This document shows, one piece after another, positions 27,251 to 40,029 of a stretch of DNA of 64,000 bases. Source of the stretch: Macrostomum lignano. Its lineage: Eukaryota. A model generated the notes under the pieces. That model saw only the letters and a program-made list of their open reading frames with translations. It had not been told where the DNA came from and did not search any database. Made by a program: the position numbers and the translations under genes. Every line of letters starts with the position of its first letter. Within the stretch, counting starts at the first letter, position 1. Location of the stretch: contig NIVC01002711.1 of NCBI GenBank assembly GCA_002269645.1, forward strand, positions 32,295 to 96,294. The letters run 5' to 3'.

Positions 27251-27747
27251 AATATATGTAATATCTGCAAAAATGTGATACTTTTTATGTTTATACTTTT
27301 TAAACAGATATATTCTTATTAGTTTTTTATATTGCATTGCCACATCCATAGCTGTTAAAAGCAGGTTCAAGTATGGCTTGTGGTAGAACTTCTGGACCTA
27401 TTATATTGTGTGGCATATTATCACATTAACCTTAACTAGTATCCTTAATTGACTCATTGACTATTGTTTCTATTTAAGTATATTTACTAATACCATTCCC
27501 TATCCCTTTTTGATAAAAAATATTAAAACAACTGCAAAACAAACTAGAAGATTGCTATAAGAAAATAGCCAAGACAGTTTTTGTACAAAACTTGCATATT
27601 TGTGTGTACATTTTTGGCAAACTTATGCAATTCTCTTGTGCAAGGCCTTTACCAATTTTTTATTCAATGAAATCCTTAAAGAGATGGAAGAGTTTGCTCT
27701 TGAACATTCCAGATTGCAATGGAAATTGCAGTTGTTGCTTAGTTCTA

Positions 27748-27778
27748 NNNNNNNNNNNNNNNNNNNNNNNNNNNNNNN
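27748..27778. other. Assembly gap (31 N)
   Basis: Run of N; contiguity across it is not guaranteed. Confidence 0.99.
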
Positions 27779-28519
27779 ACTGATAAGGAGCGGGCTGGGG
27801 GTGGGCGCGCGAGGAGAAATTAGTAATTAATGCGCGGCTTTTCTATTGGCCGGCTGAGAAAAACAGAAACAGAAATTATCGATCGCGCGCTGTACGCAGG
27901 TTTTAAAAATGTACCCAGCTGATTAAAATTCTTTGGGCACTACTTTAAGCAGACGTGAGAAAACGGAACTAGTAATATTAAAGATTGGTACCGTATGTCA
28001 AAACGGCCCTTGGCGGAGCTACTTAAACTGACAACGTCACGCTAAAAATATAATTTTACCTGGAACTACTATGTGGAGTATAACCAAGGACTACTAGACT
28101 TGTCTTGTCATTATTTTAAACGTTTTTTCAAGTGACAGACCAATTAATTTAACATGAAAATCGATTAATGCGTCGTTAGAGCAGCATGTGAGGCACAAAA
28201 TATAGTGTGATTAGAACTTTCTCTGACACTGTTAAGAGACCCAATCACTGTTTTAGTGTTGAAAATCGTGAAATTTCCTATCTCCGTAGTGTATTTTTCC
28301 GGTGAAACCTGCCTTTAAAAAACTATTTCTGAACGAAAAGCTTTATATTGAATAAATATCGATAGAGCAATAAGAAAGGCACAACATATCAAAAGATGAA
28401 CACTGGATCTGCCTCCTATCAAAAGCAATAACAATTTTTGTGCTGAAAAAAATAAAAGCCTCCAATCTAGCTGTAGTGTATTTTTCGGCGAAAAGTTGCC
28501 TTCAAAACATACCATAGAT

Positions 28520-29035
28520 CCTGGCGCTGCAGCTTGCCCGATCGTACAGGGCCTCGGTCCCGACGCTCTCGTCAGCTCGAAAGGCCGCACGGAGCAGCCC
28601 TGAGTGCGCCGAGAGTCCAGCTGCCGCTCTAGCGTAGCCGTCAGTGTCCACGTCTCGGCGTTGTAGAGCAGAACGGTTTCGACCACCGCCTGCCACATCC
28701 GAGCCCTCTGGCGGTCGGGCAGCGCTTCGGACTGGACGTCGGCCCGGATTGAACGGAAGGCCGCCCAGGCAAGACCTCGGCGCCGCCGCACCAGGCACCA
28801 GACCGCCGAGGTAGGTGAACCGCGCTGGCAGCGTGCGAGCGCATGGTCGTCTGCCCGTCTGCGAAGCGACATGTCAGGTCCGCTGGGATGTCGGCCGGAA
28901 CAGTCAGCACCTCGGTCTTCAGCGTGTTGACAACCAGTCCGACGCTCGATGCCACCTCGACCAACCTGTCGATCTGGCGCTGGGCGCCTTCAACGGACGA
29001 GGACAGGAGGGCGCGTCGTCGGCGTAGCTAAGCAC
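28520..29035 (-). mobile_element. Non-LTR retrotransposon (RTE/CR1-like) RT C-terminal fragment, frameshifted
   Basis: LSYADD at ~29016-29034, then VGLVVNTLKTEVL, FTYLG-like, and WQAVVETVLLYNAETWTLT motifs. Confidence 0.85.
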
Positions 29036-29639
29036 GCTATAAGGCGCTTTTCGCACGGCGCTGAAGTGTCACCCTGCAGAACTCCTGATGAAGTGTCGAA
29101 CTGATCAGGTATGTAATCGCCTCAGTGAACCGTCTTCTCATGGGGGAAGGATCAGATCGTATGACTATAAGGGATGGCTGCCAGCCGTCTATGACCAGGC
29201 TATGACCGACAAATCGCCTTCAGGTTGTCTCGCCCATTATTGATACATGTAGCTTTTTGGTGGTGTTATTTTAGAGACCTGAGGGGTAATGATCGACCCA
29301 CATGTGCCCCATCGATAGCTAAGGTGCAAATATTGGTCATCGGGTTATTGCATGACCCACGGCTGTCACCACTCTGTGTGACCTGGTGCCAGAGCCCCGC
29401 CTGGGATGGGTATCAAGGATTTGAGCAAGCAGGGAGCAGCATGCAGCTGAATAATGGGTCTCTGCTTGGGCACAAATCGGGAACTCCAGGATCATTACTG
29501 AAGGATTTTTATCAGGGGATCAGCTTTTAAGGCTGTGACGACATACGGTTCAGATTGCAAAGAGTAGTGTATAGAGAACACGTACCAGCTATACATGTAC
29601 ATGTATAGTTTGGATTGGTCAATGGGTTCGGGCCTGGCC

Positions 29640-29800
29640 CCTCATATGAAAGGTTCTCCTCCACATGGAGCACCAGATCGCTGGTGTGATGAACCACTGC
29701 TGGTAGCGTGCGTCTGCGCCGTGGCATGTCAGGTCCGCTGTGACGTCAGCAGACACAGTCAGCATCTCGGTCTTCAATATGCTGACAACGCTTAAATCCA
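29640..29800 (-). mobile_element. Second, more decayed fragment of the same LINE family
   Basis: CATGTCAGGTCCGCTG...AGCA(T/C)CTCGGTCTTCA matches 28870-28940. Confidence 0.7.
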
Positions 29801-31269
29801 TGCACCTCTTTCTGTGCTTTCAACAGACGAGAAAAAGAGGTTGAGGTCGCCAGCGCTTGCCAAACAGGCTCAGGTGTTTTTTGCCGCTGTGGCGAACGAT
29901 GCGTCTCCACAACAGATAAAAAAGCACGAAGAAATCTCTCCATTTCAGCATTCGGGGTGTGCCATGAAGCTCACAGATGTTCAATTGAAAAGATATTTTT
30001 GGTGTAAAGTCTACTCAGATGTTATATTGCAAAATGCTTAATTGGTTTAATTTTAAAAAGATTTTCCTTGCTGTAGTATGCATTTGATTTTTTTTAATTT
30101 AGTTTCGTAGAACTGGACGGGGAACCGAAAATCCGGTCATCTGGGCTACATGGTCTACAGCTGCCATTCCGCGGTTGAATCACAAGAGCAATTTTCTGAG
30201 AAACAGGAGTCAAGTTAAACAAAGGCTTACTAGGGAGAACTCCGACTGCCAGAATCGTTAATTCTCTGTTGAGAATAATAAACGTTAAAATGGTTGCTGA
30301 ATTATCAAACTTTGTTCCACTACGAAAATTACTGGTTTACCTGGTGACGACTGGCCCACCACTCGATGTCCGCTTGAAATGTTGATACGAGTATTATGCC
30401 TCTCGAAGTACGACTAATATATCTTTAATTCCTCTTCAAAAAAAGCTATGTTGACTGTTTACTCAATATTATTCGGTTTCTAAAGCATTGCTTGGAGTGC
30501 CCAACTACATATATACTGACTGCTGGCTTATTGGACTGCCCTTCTACATGTATTTGCATGTAGATTTGAACTGTTTTTAATTATTCAACTATATGTATAT
30601 CAATGCCTTAAAAACTGAAGCCGTGGTAATCCGGATTGTCAGCGTTACAAGCAATATCGAATACATGTAGCTGAAGCAGATGGAATATTTTATGAGTTGT
30701 ACGTGCAGTGTATCTTCTGCAGTATAAATTGTACGTATTAACTTAAAATTAAGATGGAGCCACCCATATCTCACTTAGAATACATATAGACCGAGATACA
30801 TATAGGCAGTAAAGTTGATGGCATTGATGTTGTTTAATCCGATTACAATTGGAAAGGCTCGCAAGCAATTGCTGCTGTGATTGTACATATGTACATTTAT
30901 TTAAAGAATCTAGGTTTCGAGCTATGTCGATCGTATTGTATTTTTTACTCGTGCATGTATACATGTGCATGTAAGTTCACGAGAATATTGAATTGGAGAT
31001 AAAGATCACACTTGCGGACTCAGAGGTGTTAGAGACTTTGATTAATCACTGGTGCAGAATAACTCCATTACTAATTTAGACACAGCTATAATAGCATTAA
31101 GATACTCGTTGTAGTACCTTTCTGTATGTCTCTCGTTCTTATCTGGAGCTCTTACTGCAGTACATCCCGTTTGCTAATTTGCCAACTGCGAGCGAGTTGA
31201 AAGCAAAAAAATCTAATTTAAAGTAAAGGCGCATGCAGCTATAAGAGTATATGCACGACCGCGAAGGAT

Positions 31270-31620
31270 GTCACTGTCTCACTACAGCCAGTGCCACCTC
31301 AGCAATGTCACAGTCTTATAACAGCAAGTGCCACCTCAGAAATGTCACAGTGTCACTACAGCCAGTGCCACCTCAGCAATGTCACTATCTCACTACAGCC
31401 AGTGCCACCTCAGCAATGTCACAGTGTCACTACAGCCAGTGCCACCTCAGCAATTGTCACAGTGTCACTACAGCCAGTGCCCTCTTGGCAATGTCACTGT
31501 AGTCTCACTACAGCCAGTGCCACCTCAGCAATGTCACAGTCTCACTACAGCCAGTGCCACCTCAGCTATGTCACTGTCTCACTACAGCTAGTGCCACCTC
31601 AGCAATGTCACAGTGTCAAA
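31270..31620. repeat. 37-bp minisatellite (TCACTACAGCCAGTGCCACCTCAGCAATGTCACAGTG)
   Basis: Direct periodicity, about 9 copies. Confidence 0.9.
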
Positions 31621-32839
31621 ATAATCAATACTACGTCCTCTAGCACTGCGTCATACCTATATTTCTCGAATACCATTTGTAATTGGCTTTCCCGGCGGTG
31701 CTGAAGGATTTTTTAAAGTCTGAAGCCTCACTGATGATGGACGGACAGGCAAATTAGGCAAGCAAATCTTTCATTAAATCAAAGTAAAACTGATTTCGGC
31801 AATCATCATAGAATCTGAAATCCTTGAAAATATAAAATTAAAACCGTTTAATTAGGCCATCCAAGCCATACGACACAGGTGGCTTAGCTGGTGCAAGTCC
31901 ACGAAGAAAGTGAAAAGCTTTCCAGGCTCATATCGAAATGTCACGCGATTCACTATCGGGTCTTCCGAACAGAAAAACCTCCCAACTAATTGCAGATCTG
32001 CAGGATTAATTATCTTGTGGAAAAGAATTTGATTGAAGCAAAATTGCAAAGCAAACTCACAAATCATGCGTGTGCTTAATGAAATCCTGCTGATCAATGT
32101 TTTTCTAGGATGTCATGATTTTTCGTTGAAGCCAAATTCAAAGTATAGCATTTCTTTGCGAATTTTCTTGAAAATTTCACTTTTTCGAGAAAAAAATCCC
32201 CATTTATGGCGCAAAAGAAACATTAAGTGTGGTAATTTTTATGCAATATTTCATCGAAGGGCCAAAGCTCAAGCCGATTGGCTGCAGAGGAGAGAAGAAC
32301 TGAATGGTATATTCTTCTGCAGTCGAGATGCATGATATTGAACCAAAGCCGTGCATTCGGTAGCATTATTGTATTCCAAACGTCGCACCAAAAATAATTT
32401 GAGCAACTGCTCACTCAATCGACTGAACTGCGTCGAGAATAGCTTTAGTACAATATTAGGTTGGTTTGATTAAGCTGCAGAACCTGAACGACAACAAAGG
32501 ACTGCAGATTGAGTTTGTTCCAAAATGAAATTAATTTTTGTTTTTTTATTGAAGTGATAATAAAAAGAGCTTGAGGCTTCTAGCAAAGCTCACACTTGAT
32601 TTGCTGCCCTCACGGGAATTGCGATTGCAGAAATCTGCTCTCAATCTCCTCTCCTCTTGAGCCAGCCAATCAAACTGCTGCGCGCTAAAGCCAGTGGAAA
32701 TTTCCTGATGAGAGAAAGGTAAAAAAGCGAGACAGACAGAGCCTGTCTGCAATCCCGCTGCAATTGGAAATTGGAATTCCGGAAACTCACTTCGGACTCA
32801 TCGAACTCTATAAGAAGGTCTCAACAACCTACAACTCAA

Positions 32840-34063
32840 ATGGAAGGCAACAACAGCTCCAACGGAACTTTGCCCTTGGCCCAGATCCTGCTAGTTGTAG
32901 AAAGAAACTGTCAAAAATCCTCTGTCGATGGTAATTTGTCCGATGCTGTCGCTGGCTTGTCAGCCCCTGCAAATGGCAGCTCAGGTGCTGATCAGATGCC
33001 AGACTTGTCAAGCACCGAGTTCTACTTGTTGCTCTTGATGTCCCTTGCAGCCGTCAACGTAGTGACTAACATAGCCTGCGTCTATGTGGTACAAAAGCTT
33101 CTCAGCAGATGCTTCATCACTGGCCTGCTAGTGTTCCTGTCCGTAGCTGAGGTAGCGTTCAACGCCACCCAACTGGTCTATCAGCTGCTGATCTGGTGGT
33201 ACGGACTTCGGCAAAGCAGGTTCAGCTCGGTAGGCCGTGGCTTAGCCATCGGCTGGGCGTTCTGGACTGCCATGCTGGCCAGCCAGGCGGCCCTGATGCT
33301 GCGCAACTGGGCGGTAGTTCTCATTTCGTGCGCCAGATTTGAACGCTTATACTTCCCGTATCGCCCAGTGAAGTACGCAACCAAACGACGCCTGACACCC
33401 GCTGTTGCGGCCCTGATGCTGCTCTGCATCGGCTGCAGCCTCACTAAGGCAATGCGCTACAACCTGGTCATCTGCTCCGACTTGCTCACGGTCAGTCAGG
33501 AGGCAACTTGGCTATATGAGTCCCGAGCGCGCAAAAGCTTCTTTATTTTGTCGAGCTACGTCATGTCCACGCTGGGGCCAGTGATTCTGGTCACGGCTCT
33601 CAACGGACTAATTATCTGCGCTCTTAGCCGGCAGCGAAGGCGATTGCAGCGGCATCAGCAGGGAAATGCCAACACCGCGGCGACTGCTCGTCCGGCAGCG
33701 GCACCAGCTGCTGGTGGTGGTGGCAGCGCGGTGAACAAGTCTGTGGACCGGCTCCTGATGCTGCTGGTGTCCAGTTTTGTCCTGTGCGAACTGCCCGCGT
33801 TTGCCGCCGGCCTGCTGGACGGCACACTGTCGGCTGGCGCGACGCACCACCTCATCCACATGGCTCACCTGGCTACGGCTTTGGACTCAACACTGAACGT
33901 GCTATTTTACGTTCTGTCGCAGAAGCCGGGAAAGCTGACTGCCTGTCTGCGGAGGGTGTGCGGCGCCTGCTCGCAGCAGGGGGCCGCAGCCGTCGGGTCA
34001 CCTGGCATCGGCGCGGCGAAGGAGATCGAAGCGATTCCTCTGCGTGCGACTGCTGAAAATTGA
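32840..34063 (+). CDS. Intronless rhodopsin-class GPCR, peptide (FMRFamide-type) receptor-like, ~407 aa
   Basis: First ATG at 32840 (MEGNNSSNGT, N-glycosylation sites); seven hydrophobic segments; TM3 ISCARF, TM6 SFVLCELP, TM7 LDSTLNVLFY. Confidence 0.85.
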   Translation: MEGNNSSNGTLPLAQILLVVERNCQKSSVDGNLSDAVAGLSAPANGSSGADQMPDLSSTEFYLLLLMSLAAVNVVTNIACVYVVQKLLSRCFITGLLVFLSVAEVAFNATQLVYQLLIWWYGLRQSRFSSVGRGLAIGWAFWTAMLASQAALMLRNWAVVLISCARFERLYFPYRPVKYATKRRLTPAVAALMLLCIGCSLTKAMRYNLVICSDLLTVSQEATWLYESRARKSFFILSSYVMSTLGPVILVTALNGLIICALSRQRRRLQRHQQGNANTAATARPAAAPAAGGGGSAVNKSVDRLLMLLVSSFVLCELPAFAAGLLDGTLSAGATHHLIHMAHLATALDSTLNVLFYVLSQKPGKLTACLRRVCGACSQQGAAAVGSPGIGAAKEIEAIPLRATAEN

Positions 34064-34924
34064 CTTTGCATAACTGCCAGCTTCTATGCGATTCTCTGCT
34101 TAGTTTTGCACTTTAATAAAAAATATACGCAGCTTTATTGATGTAGATATTGGTATAAAGTCCAGTGAACACGACTCTCCACTTGCAGATTTGTTCAGCT
34201 CTGTTAAATTTTCAAACCTTTGCAATACTTTCAATATTGGAATTAATTATACAGTGCAGCGCTGCGTGATGAAGGGAGAAATGAAATTTCTGAGGATTAC
34301 GTACTCAGTGGATGGGATCAGCACCCGCTTATCTGTGGAATTAGGCTTGCAATGGAAACGGAAAAATCATTGTGAAAGCCTGAAAAAAATAGACGATGCG
34401 AACGATTTTGAAGTGGCTTCACTTCCTATTCACGTACGCCTCACCTGGCTGAGGACAGGTTTATGAGAGGCGCACTTCCTCCTCCATCATAAAGCGATAA
34501 TCTCCGAGCATTAAGAATGTGAAGCTTCTAATTCCTGGAAAATCCCCTTTTACTAGAGGAAATCAGAATCGAAAAAATGAACTATAGTACTCCCGTAGTC
34601 ATTTTTCAGCATTCTTTTCGTTTCGTATAGAGTTCAAATTTTTTTGGGGCTAGCTAATTTCAACGCTTCAATAGATTTCGGTCAGTTAGTATCTGTTATA
34701 ATAAAAGTTGACAACGACCTCGCATTAAAGGTTAAAAAAGGTCATTTATTTCTCTAAATTTGGTGATCACACTCTTCTATATAGTCTTCCGTGGTCAGCC
34801 AGCACCCACTTTCTCAGACATTCCTCTAAGCAGCTGACATATACAGCCCCTAAACCATGCACGCTCTCATACTGCCCCACGAGTTCAACAACGGTTGGCG
34901 GTCATCATGAATGAGCGTAAGGTT

Positions 34925-35130
34925 ACCTGTTGATAAAGTTACCTGTTGAAGAGGGTTACCTGTTGAAGAGGGTTACCTGTTGAAGAGGGTTACCTGTCGA
35001 AGAGGGTTACCTGTTGAAGAGGGTTACCTGTTGAAGAGGTTTACCTGCTGAAGAGGTTTACCTGTTGAAGAGGGTTACCTGTTGAACAGGGTTACCTGTT
35101 GAATAGGGTTACTTGTTTAAAAAACTACCT
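34925..35130. repeat. 17-bp minisatellite (TTACCTGTTGAAGAGGG)
   Basis: Direct periodicity, about 12 copies. Confidence 0.9.
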
Positions 35131-36204
35131 GTTACTACGTAGATCGGGTTTATCATGGTCTTTCCAGTTCTCTCGACCAACGTGCACTAGCACGCACCAC
35201 AACCACCTGGGAGTCCCAGAGGCAGAGAATTAATTACTGGTCCCAGAGGCCTCCCTTCTGTCTGCTTGTCGTGCATGCGTCGCCCGCGGATAGAAGAAAT
35301 TGATTGAGCCTCTTCTCCAGGCCAAGCAGGTTGAGTTTATTTTTTCGATTTTTTCTCATTAAAAAGAAGTCGAGTCTTTTGAATTCTTTAACTATCTGAC
35401 AATGAGAAGTGGACTGGTGATGAAGTGAAATAAATATTCTAATAGAAGTCAGTCGAATTGGCTAAGCGTCAGGTTAGTTGACTAATTTATATTCCATTTT
35501 TGCGAGAATTTGCACATCATTAAGCCCGACAGCTCATGCACGCAAGGAGCCTGTTTTGCTCTGCCCTTGTTGAGTGCAATTTGGAGACTTATAATTCAGA
35601 TAAGTGGCTATAAAATTGGGAAATTAGGGAATTGAAAAGATTGGCGCACGTGCCTGCGTTTCTTCGTTGCGGCGCAGCAAAAACCTGTCAGGCGTAATTA
35701 CCCTTGGTAGTTCGATGGGCGGTAAAATGGCTAGGTATTGCTACTGTTAAAATTCGTGTTCCTACTTTCAAAGTACATTCCCCTTTTTGTTGACAAGTAT
35801 TGACAAGTGTTGACAACAAATATTCAAAATGATAATGGTCGACCGTCTGTATACGGAAGATGGCTCCAAGAAACCGTTTGCACATATTTTTCGTTTTAAA
35901 TGTCGACTTTTAAAGGAAGTTTTGAACCATAGACATTTCTAACAATGACATCTCAGCGTAATCAAGTTTTGGAGCGGATCAGATCAAAGTCTGCTCAGGA
36001 AAGCGTACATGACAAAGCTCTTGTGGCAGTAGTTGCCAAAATGACTGAGTCCATGCAAGGAAGCATGCACCGGAATGCACGAAAGGGTTAAACGATAACC
36101 CTAACCCCAACTCGAACGTTAAGTCGGCATCGATTGACAATGTTTGAGAGTTCTGAAAGCTCGACGCAGTTAGCTTGAGCGGGAGCTGCTGAGTCGCATG
36201 CAAT

Positions 36205-36475
36205 GCCCTAGAGGACATTCTGTTTCTCAAACTTAGCAGATCTTGTCTCTGTGCCATTCTTTGCAGATCTTCTCAATCTGCTCGGTTCTTGCAGGATCTT
36301 CTATACGAAGCAATAAAAAGATTTAAAAGTTAAGATCTTGTACGATGTAGCAAGTTGCCCAGATCTGGTAAGTTTACCTACATGTACGAGCTAAGTATTA
36401 TCATAGCGAAAATTGCGTAGCAACCCAAGAAGATAGATAAGATCTGTTAAGAATCAACAAATCAATGTCTTCTAG
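36205..36475 (+). repeat. Dispersed repeat, inverted copy at 62520-62752
   Basis: CCCTAGAGGACATTCTGTTTCTC...CAACCCAAGAAGATAGATAAG matches the reverse complement of 62520-62752. Confidence 0.8.
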
Positions 36476-36479
36476 GGTG

Positions 36480-37250
36480 GTGGGCTCAGCACGCATGTGT
36501 AGCATGAGACAGACCAGGCTTACGAGCTAAGGTCTGCGAACCTACACACCTGCACCCCCTCTATTCTGGTGCAGGAATGGCAGGAGAACTCTCTCCAAGC
36601 TGACTCACAAGCCGACCCAGGGGTTCACGCCCCGCATGTATTCAAGGCAGCTCTAGTGCTGCTGGACTGACTGGGCTCCGGCGGCGGCACCCATCCGTAG
36701 CTTGTTGGCCAAGTTGGTTACGGGCCCCGCCCGGAAGTGAACCTGTGCGTATCAGGTACCTCTGGCCACCGCTCTGAGAAACAGGTACCACCCTCTGACC
36801 TTAACAGGATATGCGGCCAGTCTGCAGGCTCCGGGGACAGCCTCTTGTCCCCCTCAAGGGCCGAGTGTAGCACCTACAGGCCTTTGGTTCGGCCTCTGGT
36901 TTCTCCAAGCCGGGTTCTTAATTAGCCAGGGAGTTTCTCGGTTGCTAGCGGTCGGGCCGATAAGGGCTTAAAGCCACCCCCCCCCCAGTCGCTATCTCTT
37001 GGCCTGGCTGGTGGGTTTGGGGTTACGGCCCAGCGGCTTCTCACCTCTAGTCCCCATTCGCCTTTCAGCGACTCATGTGGTCCCCAGGGGTTAGCGAAAT
37101 GGGCGGCAACGCCTCCTCGCTCTTTCCGGACGCACGGAGCCCCCTGCAGCTAGGTCAAAAGTAAGAGCTGCTGAGTCAGTTTGCTCACCCTGCTTGCTCT
37201 CAGTCGGCTTAAGCATGGATTTCATGGATGATTATTATTATTACTATATT
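36480..37250 (-). mobile_element. GC-rich non-coding TE-like segment, possibly a LINE 5' UTR
   Basis: GC-rich, hairpin-rich, bounded by (TTA)n at ~37230; no ORF. Family assignment is inference. Confidence 0.3.
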
Positions 37251-37569
37251 AAGCTAAAACTGGCTGATCACTCTGGATACTTCCTTGGGCGTCATTAAAT
37301 CTCGTAATTATTGAATAGCGTCGAGACTCGATGTGATTGATACACATACATTTTGGTGCTGCCTATCGAATGAAGAGGCTGTGATCCTCTTGGTTCTTCA
37401 TTTCACGATTGCTACTTCAGGCACAAATACTATGTACAGATAAAGCAGAAGGGTGCTACAGTCGCAAATCATGGACAGCTAAAGTAGAAGCAAGCTATAC
37501 TAGATTTTCTAGAAATGAGTTGGAGACCGATAAGGAACGGGAGCGTGTATCTGCCGTATCAGTATGCAT

Positions 37570-38290
37570 TTTGTATTGGCCATAGATTACAGAAACGTGT
37601 TTATTTGGCCTGGACATAGACTACAGAAACGTATTTATTATGCCTGGCCATAGACTACAGAAACGTGTTTATTTGGCCTGGACATAGACTACAGAAACGT
37701 TCTTTTTGTACTGGCCATCGACTACAGAAACGTATTTATTATTTCTGGCCATAGACTACAGAAACGTATTTATTATGCCTGGTCATAGACTACAGAAACG
37801 TATAGTCCAGGTAAGGTACACCGTTTGAGGAAAGTCAGTAAAATGAAAGCAAAGGCGAACATTCGCATTTTATCTTTGATAAAACGAAATTACGAAATTA
37901 TAATTTATTAGTCAATTTACGCGCGACATGTTTCGCCGAACACTCGGCATCTTCAGGCAAGGCAATAATATAATGCTTTCATTTTCCTGACAGAAACGTA
38001 TCTATTATGTCTGGCCATAGACTACAGAAACGTATTTATTATGCCTGGCCATAGACTACAGAAATGTATTTATTATGCCTGGCCATAGACTACAGAAATG
38101 TATTTATTATGCCTGGCCATAGACTGCAGAAACGTATTTATTATGACTGGCCATAGACTACAGAAACGTATTTATTATGCCTGGGCAGCCTGGCCATAGA
38201 CAAGCGTAGTTATTTAGAGTTTTACGAGCTATTGCACCAGTCCAAATAGATACGTTTTTGTAGTCTATGGCCAGACATAATAAATACGCT
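37570..38290. repeat. 34-bp minisatellite (CTGGCCATAGACTACAGAAACGTATTTATTATGC), interrupted at ~37803-37988, with an inverted copy at ~38245-38290
   Basis: Direct periodicity and a reverse-complement unit at the right end. Confidence 0.9.
37921..37960 (-). ncRNA. Minimal type I hammerhead ribozyme motif (Penelope-like element type)
   Basis: Minus strand: UUGC-CUGAAGA-U-GCCGA(GUGU)UCGGC-GAAA-CAUG-UC-GCG. Conserved core, 5-bp stem II, palindromic ACAUGU stem III, GUC cleavage triplet; stem I short. Confidence 0.65.
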
Positions 38291-39479
38291 TATTATGTAT
38301 ATTATACATATGTTCTCAACTCGTAAACCAATTTTGCAAAGATTCCCACAAAACTCGCGTGTCTACTGTATCCAGGAGTGTTCGGGGTGTCGTGTCCCCC
38401 CGTCTTCTTAGAGAATGAGGAGGACACAAATGATCTCGTACGGTTGCTTTGGCTTTGGATTCGTATCCCAGTAGGACACGCAGGCTATAATTTCCCTGGC
38501 TAGGATAAAATTACCTTTCCACTTCATCTGACCAGAGTGGTAATTAAAGATTCGCATGCTGTCCTCTTTTTCGATAGCAGCATTCATTAATGCGAGGATC
38601 TGAGCAGCCCACTGAGGCAAATAGCAGCAATCCTTGATTATGGTTATGCAGGATGAGCTAGTAGTTAAAGTTATTGTTTGCTGATGGTGCCAACAACAGA
38701 GACAGAAAGAAAAGTTATGGCGGCCAGAGGATCAAAGAGGGTCGCAGGTGGTACAGTTCGCCTTTTGCAGCTCAGTTTGAACTGCTCTGCTTTTGTCAAA
38801 AACTCTGTCTAGTAATTAGTAACATTGGAGAGTTGGCAGAATGTGTGTACATGTAGATGCCTGACGATTAGAAACTCGTTGTCTCAGTAAAAGGTAATAG
38901 TAAGATTTCATTCTTACTTTGTTTAAGTGCAATTGAAAACACGAAATTTGAATCTTTGCCCCACTACATTGATGTCCTTTAATCGTCGTGCTTCATTGAT
39001 TTCGAATCTTTCCATTTATTAGAAGATTAAATTAATTTGTGCTATATTATATACTTAGCAACGTATGCAGAGACGTCTGGTTTCATATCTGCAGAGACTT
39101 TGATGGTCTGTTTAAATGTTCGAACTGCGTTGCGCAATGCCCCCAGTTCCTTTATGTCGCTCTGCTACAGCCTTTGCACATCTCTAAGTCAACGATGGCA
39201 CTGATTGTTGTTGATGGATTTTAACTTTAGATGGCAACTATCAATTTAGTTCTCAATAAGCAAGGAGCAAAAATTATTCATGCAAATCCATTAAAAGCAC
39301 ATTTACTTAAGAGCCGATTCCTTCTTCAGTTTTATAAATCACCTTATTCGAGATAAATTGACATGAACAAAATGCTTGCTATGAATCTCTTGCTTCTAGA
39401 AATAACAAAAGGACACAACAAAATCAAGTCCCTCACAAAGAAAGCACGCATTCCCCCTAAATAGAAACCATTCCCTAGA

Positions 39480-39660
39480 CGGCCGCAATAAGCATCCTCC
39501 AAATCGCAAGCATCCTCCAAATCGCAAGCATCCCCCAGATAGCAAGCATCCTGCAGATAGCAAGCATCCCCCAGATAGCAAGCATCCCCCAGATAGCAAG
39601 CATCCCCCAGATAGCAAGCATCCCCCAGATAGCAAGCATCCCCCAGATAGCAAGCATCCT
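39480..39660. repeat. 18-bp minisatellite (AGATAGCAAGCATCCCCC), reverse complement of the 24-kb array
   Basis: Same unit as 24030-24530 in opposite orientation; adjacent unique flanks also resemble each other. Confidence 0.9.
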
Positions 39661-40029
39661 GACAGCGGTGTCGGAACCTATTTCAAAGTGGGAGGGGGCT
39701 ATTGGTCATGGGGCACGTTGCACATGATTTTTTTAATCTAAGGGCCCCCCAACTCCTGCTGTCATGTCAGTTTGTGACATTGTGACAACCAGGCCATGCA
39801 ATATTCAATTCTGTGTTGGAAGTAGCCAAAAGTCTAAAAATTCCCTAATTTTCAACTAATTCAAGCATTGCGCAACTGCACTTCATTATCAATTTTTTAG
39901 CAAATATCTTAAATGAATGAAAATTGCAAGGGCAAGATCAATAATTTTCTGGATCTCTTGGCTGTTTCCTTCAGTTCCTCTTGGCGCTGCCTCTTTATTC
40001 TTTTATCTGACGGCATTTTAGTGATTTTG

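Noticed and set aside
29084-29110. CTGATGA...GAA as a second hammerhead
   Set aside because: No valid stem II or GAAA core.
31270-31620. CACAGTG (RSS/Transib heptamer) in the 37-bp repeat
   Set aside because: No ACAAAAACC nonamer at 12 or 23 bp and no transposase nearby.
37040-37125. HDV-ribozyme-like words (GGCGAAUGGGGAC on minus, GCCUCCUCGC on plus)
   Set aside because: They lie on opposite strands and I could not build P1/P1.1/P2/P3 on either. The region folds more simply as a hairpin (CCCATTCGC / GCGAAATGGG).
115-38290. Tandem arrays (20, 27, 31, 34, 37 bp) as CRISPR arrays
   Set aside because: Units are head-to-tail with no unique spacers, there are no cas genes, and the context is eukaryotic.
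38408-38856. Short ORFs that might be exons of another gene
   Set aside because: No recognisable domain or consistent splice sites.
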